The notes below the pieces were generated by a model, which had not been told where the DNA came from, did no database searches, and saw only the letters and a program-made list of their open reading frames with translations. Of a stretch of DNA of 64,000 nucleotides, positions 63,693 through 64,000 are shown one piece after another (positions within the stretch are counted from its first letter, which is position 1; each line of letters begins with the position of its first letter). A program made the translations under genes and the position numbers. Source of the stretch: Octopus sinensis (taxonomy: Eukaryota); assembly GCF_006345805.1 (NCBI RefSeq), contig NW_021836306.1, positions 3,243-67,242 of the forward strand, given 5' to 3'.

Positions 63693-64000
63693 CTTTTATT
63701 TTATTCTTCTTTTCCAGAATTTCTCAAATTTTTGTTCCTTCCCATTTCAAAGGAATTTTTTGTTTTCTTTTCATGAGTATAAACCCTACACAGCTTTATT
63801 TACGATCTCATATCGAGAAGACTTGCAGCATTTTATTGAGAAAAATGAGCGCCAATTAAGTTTGTGTAAAGTGATTTTTATTTCGATGAACTGTTTCATG
63901 AAACTGCAAAATGGAAGAAAGTATCTCGAATACCAACAGAGAATAGTTTGTGTGGATATGTGTGTACATACATACATGTATGTATATATATATATATATA

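Overview
Eukaryotic, AT-rich, microsatellite- and transposon-dense DNA. The [10 protein letters not shown]-type finger arrays and the SINE/RTE families point to a coleoid cephalopod, most likely Octopus (inference). The window holds a cluster of five single-coding-exon C2H2 zinc-finger genes (about 7, 13, 9, 11 and 32 fingers). All five share a homologous splice acceptor and a 5' leader with an invariant TGTGAAATATTT motif, and several carry stops or frameshifts. In the middle (26.3-31.7 kb, minus strand) is an intronless reading frame of about 1,680-1,790 aa that appears to be built from several tandem NHL/YWTD-like beta-propellers; it is split only by a 1-nt frameshift and one TGA. This is the least explained element. 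The rest is a 5'-truncated Tx1/L1 LINE, RTE, R2-group and gypsy remnants, two mariner remnants, several foldback/MITE elements (one of 1.93 kb with an exact 8-bp TSD), Helitron-like repeats, many tRNA-derived SINEs and several minisatellites. Indel-only differences between tandem copies suggest long-read consensus errors, so individual frameshifts may be artefacts. No rRNA, true tRNA gene or CRISPR array was found. Coordinates were counted by hand and repeat boundaries are approximate.
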